Shown here one piece after another: positions 49,801 to 59,400 of a stretch of DNA of 64,000 bases. The notes beneath the pieces were generated by a model. That model was not told the origin of the DNA and ran no database searches. It saw only the letters and a program-made list of their open reading frames with translations. The translations under genes were made by a program, and so were the position numbers. Source of the stretch: Phycisphaerae bacterium. GTDB lineage: Bacteria > Planctomycetota > Phycisphaerae > UBA1845. The first letter of the stretch is position 1. Each line of letters begins with the position of its first letter. Location of the stretch: assembly GCA_963666835.2 (NCBI GenBank), contig CAXXGO010000006.1, positions 576,001-640,000 on the forward strand, given 5' to 3'.

Positions 49801-49972
49801 GATCGTTAAGCCCATGAGGGTCCGAAGGACCCGCGGCCTCCGTAGAACCCGGCCAGCACAGTGTCGGAACCAATAGCCCGACACCCAGCAACCATGACCG
49901 GGCACCCCCACGGCCGGGATTCGAGGATCCCCGGCCAATAAGGCGATGCCAAGCCGTTTTCAGAATGCGCAT
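43862..49972 (-). CDS. Very large sensor histidine kinase: periplasmic beta-propeller repeats, Y_Y_Y-like domain, TM, ~6 PAS, GAF-like, HisKA and HATPase
   Basis: GL..x..I..D..G.LW propeller repeats, YLLD..WSEW, repeated DITERK PAC ends, AHEINNP, NLIRNA, FDPFFTT and GTGLGL. Start at ATG 49972 (GGAGG RBS). Confidence 0.92.
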   Translation of the reverse strand: MRILKTAWHRLIGRGSSNPGRGGARSWLLGVGLLVPTLCWPGSTEAAGPSDPHGLNDPWRWRHFSTESGLPSGRIIDICEAADGTVWASTTAGLAWYDGYRWRTVGPAEGLPAAPLTGLAADERGKVLVFAGGVLYRGGRTGMQRFRPTLDDAEYVVAAVAPLGQHEYFLVGRNRRTDQSVLFMADRWEVTRVDGPNHPQDPEVFDVWSSSDESILARARGGLYRWAEGSWVLHLASQAPRGDITRVSESDGIAFGWVGRGGVDRGLWEWSEGPDPVLVLPQHCGRFSAVASGSDGFALAVEDTGVIHVRQHGVWAEFESGGPQFAGVTSLEFSSNGDLWVGTDHGLYVHSAVIRLWDHWKDRSPGSLNRITEIVEARDGHIWITSTEGVQVRDPDGTVRRINDIAGQRMCDSTGIAEDGRGAVWVTSGGAYEGVFRFDGSNWQHFGSEQGLPGYRHKVRIDRRGRPWFLGLGDALDNSNSYGVGVAVYENDRFTHWTTRDGLLHDRVYAFAEGLEGEYWFGTAAGLSRLEDGEWTHWTIANGLAKSRIWAITVDRDNTVWFTDRLNGLGTVRDGVPQYLTTEDGLIDNQIQDVRADPRGGLWLTCSGAVQKYRQGRWYTFRAADGLGHSSFWPVLPTEDHIYVGTLGEGVAVLDRLALEDADLHVEVVKPAMREGSALLHWHATAREALVAESQIETRYLLDDEGWSEWSVEHPGAVVVGSGSHSLVVQARCRLADSPAASARISFDIPYPVHRHPLFLLMTAGTFLAVVLSAVMMIIRQSRSVEVLRESEGRFRTMADTTPVMVWMSGPDGAITYLNRTWHEFTGRTLEEEYGAGSPVSVHPEDVEESWAAYRAAVAARVRWRSEHRLRRSDGEYRWVRVTGVPRFAADGSFLGFVGSCVDVDDHRRAEETLRISHTELEGRVAARTRELQDANDRLRKEIAERLAAQQAQSHSEERFRLFLNNLNDVAYETDTRGNVTYVNRAAERLTGLPVEEIVNRPFLPLFDNEGQKVVMGIYERSLAGESLEFELTLAAGPVCQFSNTPMRDKEGKIIGVLGTARDITERKRTELALAASEEKYRSLFENAPIGIYRTTPDGRIDGANPALIRMLAFPDFRELAKRNLESEGFEPEYGRRTFRERLEREGVIGGLEATWIRQDGCPIIVRENTRVVRDASGKAVFYEGTVEDITEQKRAENALRVSEEWFRSVFDGSRDAIFIVDENAAFVDVNQAAADLTEYSQDELRGMTIPDVHGPEDRTALDKHFAEIMAGIPITSQAKLLTKSGRRVTTEFSNRRITVDGIDYMHTTARDITQRTRMQRELRDSQERFELAALGSSDGLWDWSDLSSDVEWWSPRCFELLGYAVNEFEPNAKSFHELLHQNDRDRVARALREHLERRAAYDVEYRLRTKSGEYRWFRARGQALWNKAGKPTRMSGSFQDIHDRKVAQEEERRLLEEMRFLSRTTMEFVDLPPEQDAFELIAEHLHELVKDAVVVTSAVDASHERAVIRAIRGEGRLFDASDSLLGQNPVGSTFVFERSLQTRDLRSKLTKLRGAPREPPEGSVPDWILQTLHLLPGIGDLYTIPVLRKGEILGNVTIGLYEGAHLGNAELIETYVNQASVVLQRRLAEEALRESEQRLDLAVAGSHGGCWDIVLDPSSPQTIPEDVFLSNRLKALIGFAEKEFPDSWQAWRDRIPPEDLKRLDEDAQKQLAGREELSEIEYRIRHRDGGIRWMLCRGRIQRNTRNEPVRWSGIDWDITERKNIEEALERHRFHLEELVEERTRELDKSREQLRQAERLASIGTLAAGIAHEINNPVGGILLAAQNARELMEQANDPELLDTCLEDVIDNAKRCSQIIQSVLQFARQRETEKWAYNLNAVIRRVATLTRQFVENRGGLVELQLSPDVPATDMNPFELEQVFVNLIRNALQTGDGMVSVLIRTEKTTESVRAIVQDSAGGIPVEHIKHLFDPFFTTRREYGGTGLGLSIVHGIITEHQGAIDVRSRPGRGTTFIIDLPLCSATTTEEGNRESSDSR

Positions 49973-50330
49973 TACGACCTCCGTGGAACGATGGATGCGA
50001 CGGATTGTCGACAGCGCGGGCGCGCACGACCGAACGGCCAAACGAGCTCCGCGCTGGACGCCGAGGATACCCTATTTGCCCTGGCAAAACCATCTTCTCA
50101 CCGCGAGGTCGCCCGCGGTTACCTGGGAAACGCCGGCGGGGCAAGGTGGCTCGTTGCGATCCTGTATCGCGGCTCGGCGGGAGTGCTGCGAGGCCACGGC
50201 GAAGCCCCATATGCAGAAGACGAGTCGATTCCGCCATCCGAACCCGTGCCGTGCATCTTGAAATGGCGTTCTTCTCGGACCCGCGGGTTTTCCACTTGTC
50301 TCGGCGCCGGGGATATCAGAGGTTTGATTC

Positions 50331-51134
50331 GTGATATCAGCGATTACCAACACCAGCGCGCTGGCCGCTAAGACCGCGCTCAACCGGAACCAGAGCAGCC
50401 TTGCGGCGAACCTGCAACGGCTGTCTACCGGCAAGAGAATCAACTCCGGAAAGGACGATCCGGCGGGCCTGATCTCTAGCGAGCAACTGAGCCTTGAGAT
50501 CAGATCACTGGAAGCCCAGAGCCGCGCCCTACGCCGAGCGGATGCCAACGCTAACGTCACGGAAGGCCACACCCGCCAACTGTCGAGCCTGATGGCCGAT
50601 CTCAACGGTCTGGTAGTATCCAGTGCCAACCAGGCCGGAATGAGCGATGCGGAGATCGAAGCCAACCAGATGCAGGCGGACAGTATCGTCAACAGCATTC
50701 GACGGTTCACTAGTGACGCGGTTACGTCGCTCGGCGGCATCTCCATGTCCGGCGATGGGAACGTTGAAGTCGAGGCGATGCTGAATTCGGCGGCTTCGGC
50801 CGCGGCCTCGCTGGCAACCGGCGGAGCCAACGACCTGCGCAGCGGCAACCTCGAAGCGGCCCAGACGGCCATCTCCGGCGCCATCACGAACGTAGCCACT
50901 GCCCGCGGTCGAATCGGCACGTTTCAGAAAGACGATCTTCAGCCGCGGTACAACTCCAATCAGGTAGCGATCACCAACCTGACGGAAGCCAGGAGTATGA
51001 TTGTCGACACCGACTTTGCCGTGGAAACCGGCAACCTGACCCGCAACACCATCCTCGTACACTCGAACATGAAGACCCTGCAGATCGCCCAACAACAGGC
51101 CGGCACCGTCCTCAACCTGCTGTCCCCGCTCTGA
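50331..51134 (+). CDS. Short flagellin-like protein
   Basis: TNTSAL, RLSTGKRINSGKDDPAGL, RGRIGTFQ, NLTEARSMIVDTDFAVE and terminal VLNLL motifs. Confidence 0.9.
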   Translation: MISAITNTSALAAKTALNRNQSSLAANLQRLSTGKRINSGKDDPAGLISSEQLSLEIRSLEAQSRALRRADANANVTEGHTRQLSSLMADLNGLVVSSANQAGMSDAEIEANQMQADSIVNSIRRFTSDAVTSLGGISMSGDGNVEVEAMLNSAASAAASLATGGANDLRSGNLEAAQTAISGAITNVATARGRIGTFQKDDLQPRYNSNQVAITNLTEARSMIVDTDFAVETGNLTRNTILVHSNMKTLQIAQQQAGTVLNLLSPL

Positions 51135-51191
51135 CCGCTGCATAGGTGATCGGTCTACGCTGCCGGTTCTTGATTGCGGATTCCGCCTTGC

Positions 51192-51713
51192 TTACCGAGG
51201 CAGAATGCGCGCCAGCTCCGTAATTCGTGCCAGGTGGTAGTCATCGTGCTCGGCGGCGAAGAGGCAAAGGTCTACCAGGCGCATCGGCTTCTGCAGGCGG
51301 GGGTGTTGGCATGCCGTGCCGAAGGCCTCCTCGTCCAGGCCGTCCAGGCGAGTCACAAGCCGGGTCCGTGCTTGGCGAAACGACGCGGTTAAGAGCCCGA
51401 TTTCGACGGCGTCGTGATCGGCTTCGCAGGTCCGGCGGTTGGTGACGTCGGCGGGGCGCATGGTCTCCTGGCCACCGAGGATGTCGTCGATCCGCCCGAT
51501 CCACAACTGCTCCACGTCGACCAGGTGCCCCACGTTTCGCTGAATGGACCAGCTTTCGCCTTCCTGTAAGGTCAGAATCTCCGGCGGCAACGACCCGATT
51601 CTCTCTTCCAGCCGGGCCGGCGTACCCCGGAGCCGCTCGACAATGTCCGGGTACTTGGTAACCGGGAAGGCGAAATCGAACTTCCGCTCGAACCAGGCGA
51701 ACTTGGCAGGCAT
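51192..51713 (-). CDS. DinB/YfiT-family metalloprotein
   Basis: WSIQRNVGHL and AEHDDYHL His motifs. Start at ATG 51713 (GAGGA RBS). Confidence 0.85.
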   Translation of the reverse strand: MPAKFAWFERKFDFAFPVTKYPDIVERLRGTPARLEERIGSLPPEILTLQEGESWSIQRNVGHLVDVEQLWIGRIDDILGGQETMRPADVTNRRTCEADHDAVEIGLLTASFRQARTRLVTRLDGLDEEAFGTACQHPRLQKPMRLVDLCLFAAEHDDYHLARITELARILPR

Positions 51714-51853
51714 GGGTTTGTTCCTCAGCCAAACATCGTGCCGGGCGTTATTCCGTTCGGCCATTCGCGGCGCGGCGACGTCCGACCGGAGATGACCTGT
51801 CATACGGGCGACACCACCTGGGCTCCCGCTCGCCGCAACGTCGTATCGGAGCA

Positions 51854-52843
51854 TCAGTCCCACAAGGTCGCGCTCGGGGAGGCTTCCTCCCGGCGTCCGC
51901 GCCTGCCTGACCCGCTCTTCTTGATCCGCTTGCCGGTTGACGTGCGGATGGTCCCGTTGGCGGTATTCGGCACGCTCAGCAGCGGGTTCTCGGCGCCGTC
52001 CAGCGGGTCGCCGGGGGTGATGCGATTAAGCCGGGCCCGGCCTTGCTTGACGTACTCTTCGGACAGTTCAGTGCCAAGCCATTGACGCTTGAGCTTCTTC
52101 GCCACGGCCAGGGTGGTCGCGCTTCCGGAAAACGGATCGAAGACCAGCTCGCCTTCGTTGGAGCAAGCCCGGATAATACGCCCCAGCAGATGCTCGGGCA
52201 TCTGGCAGCCGTGAAAGCCCTTGCGCTCCTTGAACGTGCCGCATACGCGGGAAAAATACCACGTATCGCTGTCGGCCGTGAACCCCTCCGGGTGATCCTG
52301 AGGACGCAGAATCCACGATTCCTCGGGAGCCGGGCGGATGATCCAGGTGTCATCCGGGACCCGTCCTTTCGGGTTGGCCCGCTTGTCGCCGTAGACAAGC
52401 TGACGCGCCGACGGCACTCGAATCTCCATATCGTTGAACGTAAAGAGCTTCGGGTTCTTCACGAAGTGAAACAGATGCGCGTGAGAACGCGTGAACTTCG
52501 AGTGACAATGGACCCCGAACGTGTAATACCAGACCACCCAACTGCGACAGGTGAAGCCCAGCTCGCGGGTGGCCAACACCTTCAGCTCGGCCGCATACTC
52601 ATCCCCGATAGCCAACCAGAACGCCCCGGTCGGCATCAAGATGCGCTTAACCTCGCTCATCCACGCCTTGGACCAATCGAGGTACTCATCGCAAGAGCGC
52701 TCATCGTCGTAAACGTCGTAATCGTAGCCGATGTTGAAGGGCGGATCGGCGAAGATCAGATCGACGCAGCCGGCGTCGAGCTTCTGCATGCGCGCAACAC
52801 AATCGCCTTGAATAATCCGGTTGACTGCCGGCGGCATGGTCAT
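51854..52843 (-). CDS. Site-specific DNA methyltransferase (N6-adenine/N4-cytosine, beta-class motif order)
   Basis: IIQGDC and [10 protein letters not shown] (catalytic motif) come before HGCQMP and [10 protein letters not shown] (SAM-binding motif), followed by GTEL..Y. Confidence 0.9.
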   Translation of the reverse strand: MTMPPAVNRIIQGDCVARMQKLDAGCVDLIFADPPFNIGYDYDVYDDERSCDEYLDWSKAWMSEVKRILMPTGAFWLAIGDEYAAELKVLATRELGFTCRSWVVWYYTFGVHCHSKFTRSHAHLFHFVKNPKLFTFNDMEIRVPSARQLVYGDKRANPKGRVPDDTWIIRPAPEESWILRPQDHPEGFTADSDTWYFSRVCGTFKERKGFHGCQMPEHLLGRIIRACSNEGELVFDPFSGSATTLAVAKKLKRQWLGTELSEEYVKQGRARLNRITPGDPLDGAENPLLSVPNTANGTIRTSTGKRIKKSGSGRRGRREEASPSATLWD

Positions 52844-53096
52844 TCCTCCCTGGCCTTACAGGTTCATCAACTCCGTCGCGGTGCGATATCGTAACGGGCT
52901 TCACCAATCGAGCAAGAGCCGCGTCCCGCAACGAAGCGTAAGGTAAGGTCCACCAACAGCGGGCCCAACAAATCACAGGGGGACGGCGTCCTAGAAAACC
53001 ACCTTACCAGTTGCTCACCGAACAAACCCCGAATATAATGCCGGGCATGTTCACCGGCCGGCGATCACCGCGATGGGCTCAACGGGCGGGCGATAG

Positions 53097-54158
53097 ATGA
53101 AGCTGCGCCCAATCGACAACCCGCCGAACCCATACCTGTCGGAACACGCAGAGTGGTTGGAGCCGCCTCCGCCGGCGCGGGTCGAGGTGTTTGAAGAAAC
53201 GACCAATTCCATCTTGTCGCGGAATGACAGCCCCGACCTTCCGCACACGTGGTCGGTCAATCCGTATCGCGGTTGTCTGCACGCTTGCAGCTACTGCTAC
53301 GCCCGCCGCCTGCACGAGTACCTCGGCTACGGCGCCGGTACCGATTTCGACACGAAGCTGGTGGTCAAGCCGGATGCCCCCCGCCTCCTTCGAAACGCGT
53401 TGACTGCACCGAAGTGGAAACGGGAAGCGGTGCATTTCTCCGGCGCGACGGATTGCTATCAGCCACTCGAGGCGACCTATCAGCTTACCCGCGCCTGTCT
53501 CGAGGTCTGTCTGGACCTGGGCAACCCGGCTTGCATCGTGACGAAATCGTGCCTTGTCATACGTGATGTCGACCTGCTGGCCGAGTTGAACCGGGTCGCC
53601 GCGGCACGCGTGCAGATCAGCATCCCCTTCGCCGATGCCAAAACCAGCCGCCTGATGGAGCCGCAAGCGGCGCTGCCGGAACGACGCTTCGAGGCCGTGC
53701 GGCGTCTGCGCGCAAAGGGGGTGCCCGTGGGGGTGCTTATGGCCCCGATTATCCCCGGCCTCAATGACCGGGACATTCCTCGCATAGTAGAGAAAGCCGC
53801 CGCGGCCGGAGCCCAAGGCGTCAGCTATTCGCCCCTTCGTTTGCCTGGCAATGTGGCCGGCGTCTTCGTCAAGCGTCTAGGCGAAACGATGCCGTTACGC
53901 GCAAACCGTGTTCTCAGCCGAATTCGAGACATCCACGGAGGCGGCTTGAACGACCCTCGTTTCGGAGAGCGCTTCAGCGGCCACGGGCCCTATTGGGACA
54001 GCATTCGCGGCCTCTTTGAGGTTTCGCTGGCCCAGCACGGGTTCGGCAAGGGTGGGCTCTCGCCTTGTGTAGATTGTCTCGCCAACCGCGTCCCTGATTC
54101 GACCGGTGGTAAGACAGAGAGAACGGGCGAACAACTAAAGTTTGACTTTGAACAGTAA
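53097..54158 (+). CDS. Radical SAM protein, PA0069/Rv2578c (SplB-like) family
   Basis: SVNPYRGCLHACSYCYAR (CxxxCxxC), TDCYQP.E, TKS..V.RD.DLL and APIIPGLND. Confidence 0.92.
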   Translation: MKLRPIDNPPNPYLSEHAEWLEPPPPARVEVFEETTNSILSRNDSPDLPHTWSVNPYRGCLHACSYCYARRLHEYLGYGAGTDFDTKLVVKPDAPRLLRNALTAPKWKREAVHFSGATDCYQPLEATYQLTRACLEVCLDLGNPACIVTKSCLVIRDVDLLAELNRVAAARVQISIPFADAKTSRLMEPQAALPERRFEAVRRLRAKGVPVGVLMAPIIPGLNDRDIPRIVEKAAAAGAQGVSYSPLRLPGNVAGVFVKRLGETMPLRANRVLSRIRDIHGGGLNDPRFGERFSGHGPYWDSIRGLFEVSLAQHGFGKGGLSPCVDCLANRVPDSTGGKTERTGEQLKFDFEQ

Positions 54159-54684
54159 CGGTTGCCCCCGTGTCTTATGAACGGGCGATTGCGGCCAGAT
54201 TGGCGTCGTCTCCGAGCGTCAATGTCGAGCGTGCGAAGTACCGGACTGTGCCGGCTATGGTCGGCGTCCGCGGGACCTGTCTTGTGCGGCAGGGCCTGCC
54301 CGCCGGTCTAGGGTTTACGGTATGGGGTCCCCCGCATTCCCGAACCCGAGGTTGTTGGCACCGAAGCCCAGCCTTTGCCGATCTCGGTCGATGTACTGAG
54401 TAGCAGTACGGCGCAGCCCGGCAGCTTTGGAAGAGAATCAGCGCGCGGGCGGCGACATCTCCCCGCGAGCGGCGACTGGCGCTGCAGGGGGGGTGGTATA
54501 CCATCACACACTTCGTAACGCGCGAGTGAGGTCGTCCGGAGAACTTGTTTTGTCCGTCACCAAAGAGAATCCTCCTGCCGGTTGGCGCGGTCGAGTGGCG
54601 GGACAAGAAGTCGGCTCGGAGTCCGGCCGCGCACTTGCGGTAGAGCAACATGATCCTGCGGCAATCCCGGATACTGCCGGGGCT

Positions 54685-55890
54685 GTGGATGTCAACCTCA
54701 CTCCGAGAACAGGGCATCAGGTTATAAGACCCGCACCGGCTCAGACGGTCCTCACGATAGACGACGACCCCGCCGTTCGTGAGAGTATCGCGGCGTACCT
54801 GAGGGACTGCGACTTCAGAACGATCGAGGCGGACAACGGCGTGGCAGGTATCCGTCTCTTCCAGGAGGCGCGTCCTGATCTGGTTCTGGTAGACCTGCGT
54901 ATGCCCGAGGCGGACGGGTTCGAGGTTCTCTCTGCGATCACCCGGCGCGCCCCCCAGACCCCGATTATCGTGGTTTCGGGTACGGGGGTGATCGCCGATG
55001 CCGTCGAAGCTCTGCGCTCCGGCGCCTGGGACTACGTTCTGAAGCCCATCGAGGATATGGGAGTGCTGCTCCACTCCGTCCAACGCTGCCTCGAGCGGGC
55101 TCGCCTCCGCCGGGAGAACGAAGCCTACCAAAGGCACCTCGAAGAAACGCTCAAGAAGATCAAGGATGACGAAGAGGCCGGGCGTAAGATTCAGAGCAAA
55201 CTCCTTCCGCCCGCCATCAGCGTTCTGGGCCCCTATTCACTTACCCGGCACGTGATGCCCTCGATGGACCTCAGCGGTGACTTCGTCGACTACTTCAACA
55301 TTGATGACGAACACGTGGCATTCTACACCGCCGACGTTTCCGGGCACGGCGTGTCCTCCGCCCTGGTCACGGTTCTTCTCAAAAGCTTCATTCGCAAACA
55401 GTTGGAACGACACGCCAACCGCAACGGCGATACGATTCTAAGGCCGGGAGCCCTTCTGCAGATGTTCAATGAAGAGCTCCTGGAAGAAGATCTCGACAAG
55501 CACGTCACCATGTTGTACGGCGTGTTGCACGTCCCTGAAAACACCCTGACGTTTGCCAACGGCGGGCAGTTTCCGTATCCTATCATCTGGAGCAATCATA
55601 CTTGCGAGACCATCAAGGAGAAGGGCCGCGCCGTCGGCCTCTTTCCCCGGGTGACTTTTCAAGACGTCCACCGACCACTTCCCGAGCAGTTCCTTCTCGC
55701 AGTGTTCTCCGACGGGGTGCTTGACGTTCTTCCCCAGCCGACTCTGGCGGAGAAGCTCGGGTTCCTCGAAAAACTCGGAAGCGAAACCACCATCGCCGAC
55801 TTCGTCACCCGGCTCAGATCTCACACGGACCTTCCGGACGACATTACCGTGCTGACTATCAAAAGAGGTAACGCCAATGGCTCCGAATAA
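54685..55890 (+). CDS. Response regulator with a PP2C/SpoIIE phosphatase domain (start uncertain; the ORF is open from 54427)
   Basis: REC: IDDD, LVDLRMP, VSG, LKP. PP2C: IQSKLLP, LSGDFVD, ADVSGHG, FSDGV, DDITVL. Confidence 0.9.
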   Translation: MDVNLTPRTGHQVIRPAPAQTVLTIDDDPAVRESIAAYLRDCDFRTIEADNGVAGIRLFQEARPDLVLVDLRMPEADGFEVLSAITRRAPQTPIIVVSGTGVIADAVEALRSGAWDYVLKPIEDMGVLLHSVQRCLERARLRRENEAYQRHLEETLKKIKDDEEAGRKIQSKLLPPAISVLGPYSLTRHVMPSMDLSGDFVDYFNIDDEHVAFYTADVSGHGVSSALVTVLLKSFIRKQLERHANRNGDTILRPGALLQMFNEELLEEDLDKHVTMLYGVLHVPENTLTFANGGQFPYPIIWSNHTCETIKEKGRAVGLFPRVTFQDVHRPLPEQFLLAVFSDGVLDVLPQPTLAEKLGFLEKLGSETTIADFVTRLRSHTDLPDDITVLTIKRGNANGSE

Positions 55891-56413
55891 GATCCTCCAC
55901 GCTGAGCACGGTCATCAGTGCTTCGTCAAGATGGTCGGGGAGATTCGCCACCCTCTTAGTCCGAGCCTGGACGCTTTTATCAACCAGGTTTTTCATGACG
56001 GGAAGACAAACACCTTCGTCATCGACCTGAGCGAAACTCGCTTCATCGACAGCACGAATCTGGGCCTGTTGGCCAAGATCGCCCGCCAGACCATGCAGAA
56101 CAAATGGGATCCGCCCATCCTGGTGTCCGGCAGCGAGGAGGTCGATGCCGTCCTCGAGAGCATGGGGTTTGACGAGGCCTTCACCGTAGTCGGTTCCGCC
56201 GGCTGTCCCGGGGAAGAACTCCACGAAACGCCGGCCGCCGATGTCGAAGTCCAAGCCCGAGCCCGCCTCATTCTCGAAGCTCATCGAGCGCTGGCGGACA
56301 TGAACGACACCTGCCGGGACATGTTCCACGACGTAGTGGAAATGTTCGAAAGAGAGGTTGCTTCTCAAAGTCGCCCGTCGGATACTAAAACAACAGTCTT
56401 GGAGAACGACTGA
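55877..56413 (+). CDS. STAS-domain anti-sigma-factor antagonist
   Basis: VIDLSETRFIDSTNLGLL with the phosphorylatable Ser, and a C-terminal ILEAHRAL helix. Overlaps the upstream phosphatase gene. Confidence 0.88.
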   Translation: MAPNKILHAEHGHQCFVKMVGEIRHPLSPSLDAFINQVFHDGKTNTFVIDLSETRFIDSTNLGLLAKIARQTMQNKWDPPILVSGSEEVDAVLESMGFDEAFTVVGSAGCPGEELHETPAADVEVQARARLILEAHRALADMNDTCRDMFHDVVEMFEREVASQSRPSDTKTTVLEND

Positions 56414-59400
56414 TGCGGATTCCCGCTCGCAGCCTCCAGATTATTGCTCCGGCCGCGCTTTCGGTGGCGCTGTTCTGGCTTGCCCTCTTTCACATCCTGC
56501 TCCCGTCGCTCGAACGCGACATCATGACCCGAAAGCGCAATATGCTCCGGGAGATGACGACGGTAACCTGGACGCTTCTGCGAGATTACGAGGAGCGTGT
56601 GGCCAGCGGCGAGCTTACTCTCGAGGACGCCCAGTCCCGTGCCGCGAAGCGCCTCCGTAACATTCGTTACGGACCGGAGGGGAAAGACTACTTCTGGATC
56701 AATGACATGGACTCAATCATGGTCATGCATCCGTACCGCAATGATCTGGAAGGGAAGAACATCTCGAAGATTGCCGACCCGAACGGCAAATTGATCTTCG
56801 TCGAGGTCATCGAAACCGTCAAAGCCAAGGAGGCCGGCTTCGTCGAGTACGGGTGGCAATGGAAGGACGACGCCACGCGCATTGTCCCGAAACTGTCATA
56901 CGTTCGAGGATTCGCACCTTGGGGATGGATCATCGGGACCGGCATGTACCTGGAAGACGTGCGCATGGAGATTGCCGCCGTTACCGGGAGGTTGACCCGA
57001 GTATGCCTGATGATCCTGGCCGCGGTCAGCGCGCTCTCGTTGTATGTGGTTTGCCACAGCGCCACAATCGAGCGAAAACGCAGACAAGCGGAAGCGGAGT
57101 TGACCGACTATCGCGATCATCTCGAGGAACTCGTCGAAACGAGAACAACAGAACTTGCGGCCACTCACGAGGCGTTACGCGAATCAGAACGCCGACTTGC
57201 CGACATCGTCGACTTCCTTCCGGAGGCGACCTTCGTAATCGACCGCCGCGGAGTTGTTATAACCTGGAATCGGGCGATGACGGAACTGACCGGCGTTGCC
57301 GCCGAAGAGATGCTCGGCCGGGGGGATTATGAATACGCACTGCACTTCTATGGCGAGCGCCGGCCGATGTTGATAGACGAGGCTCTGGACCCCGAACGCG
57401 GTGCTACGGCTTACTATCCCGCCATGGAGCAGCAGGGTGACATCCTTACGACTGAGGGCTTCGCGACCACGTTTCGAGGAGGGGCTCATCTGTGGGGCAT
57501 GGCCACCGCGCTGCGCGACTCTCAGGGAAGAGTCGTCGGGGCGATCGAATCGATTCGCGATACCACCTCCCGCGTGCAGGCCGAAGAGGAACTCTCCAAG
57601 CACCGCGAACATCTCGAGGAGATGGTCAGCGAGCGAACGGCAGAACTGGCCAACGCCAACGAGCAGCTTCGCCAAGAGATCGCCGATCGCCGGCGGGCAG
57701 AGGAGGCTCTAAGCAAGGAGGAAGAACGCTACCGGACGATCGTCGAGACCGCCGGGGAGGGCGTTTGGATCCTTGACAAAGACGAACGCACCTCGTTCGT
57801 CAATCGACAAATGGCGGCAATGATCGGGTACTCCATCGAGGAGATCATCGGTCGCCGTGTCACAGACTTTCTCGACGAGGAGGACCGCGCCGACTTCCTT
57901 TCCCGGCGCAAGCCGCGTCGAGAGGGAGTGAATGAGCAGTACGACTTGCGTTTTCGCCGGAAGGACGGATCCGACGTTTGGACGATCATCAACGCCAGCC
58001 CGATACTCGATGCAGACAGGTGTTTCGCCGGCGCCTTCGGTATGATCATGGATATCACTGACCGGAAGCACGCCGAGAACGCCCTCCGCGAGAGTGAGGA
58101 GAAGTTCCGTCTGCTCTCTGATCAAGCTCTCATGGGTATTCACATCATCCGCGACGGCGTGCTCGAGTACGTCAACCAGGCAACCGCCGCTATGTGCGGG
58201 TACTCGGTGGCCGAGATGTTGAGCTGGGCACCCAACGAGTTCATCAAGGTAATTCACCCCGATGATCGACCCATGGTCATGGAACAGGCGCGGCGAAAAC
58301 AGAATGGCAGCAGTGATGTTGTCCTCAATTATGAATGGCGTCTGCTCACATCGTCAGGCTTGGTCCGGAGAGTCGAGTCGTTTTCGAAGACAATAACTTA
58401 TGGCGACGCTCCTGCTGATTTTGTGATGATGATCGACGTCACCGAGCGACGGCAAGCAGAGGAGGCCATGCTGGAATCTCAGCGGCGCTATCGGGAGGTC
58501 TTCGAAGGCAGCCGCGACGGCTTCGTGATCGTGGACACGCAGGGGCGGATCACCGATGCCAACCAGGCCTATTGCGAAATGGTAGGGTATTCGCTCGATG
58601 AGCTGCGTAGTATGAAGGACTTCTACCAAATAACGCCGCAGCGCTGGCACGACTGGGAGCAGAGCGAGATCTTCAGACACCGGCTGCTCCAAATAGGATA
58701 CTCCGGCGTCTACGAGAAGGAGTACATGCGAAGCGATGGGAACATCATCCCTGTGGAAATCCAGGCGTATGCCCACCGCGACGAACACGGGAATCCACTC
58801 TACCTGTGGGGGATTGCCCGAGATATTACCGAACGCCGGCGGGCGGAGGACGATCTTGCGGCAACTACGTCGTTCCTCGATACCATTGTTGATATGAGCC
58901 CATTCCCCATGTGGGTGTCCGACCCCGCAGGAACGCTCATAAGGACCAACCACTCACTTCGCGAAGCTCTGAACCTGACGGAGAAACAGCTCGTCGGTGT
59001 TTACAATGTACTCGCGGATGCCAACCTCGATGCCCAGGGATTGAAACCCGCGGTGGTAGACGTCTTCGAGAAGCACGAGCCCGCGCGCTTCAGTATGTCG
59101 TGGAAGCCCGGGGAGGTCGGCAACATCGACTTCGGCGGCGCACGCGATCGATATGTCGACATATCCATGTTCCCGATCCTAAGCGCCGCCGGCGAGCTGA
59201 CGAACGTAGTGTGTCAGTGGGTGGACATCACCGAGCGCCATCGGGCTGAAGAGGAACTGCGCCGGCTCCGCAACTACCTTAGCAACGTTATCGACTCCAT
59301 GCCTTCCATTATGATTGGCGTCGACGCTGAAGGCCGGGTCACGCAATGGAACCGTCAGGCGGAGCAAGCTACCGGCATGCCGCTCGGGCAAGCTCAAGGA

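Noticed and set aside
53015..53055. Possible LexA/SOS box upstream of the radical SAM gene
   Set aside because: GAAC and GTTC half-sites occur, but not at a spacing I can match to a known box.
54159..54684. Long region upstream of the REC-PP2C gene, considered as ncRNA or an extra coding domain
   Set aside because: I recognised no RNA motif and the translated extension has no domain features. It remains unresolved rather than supported.
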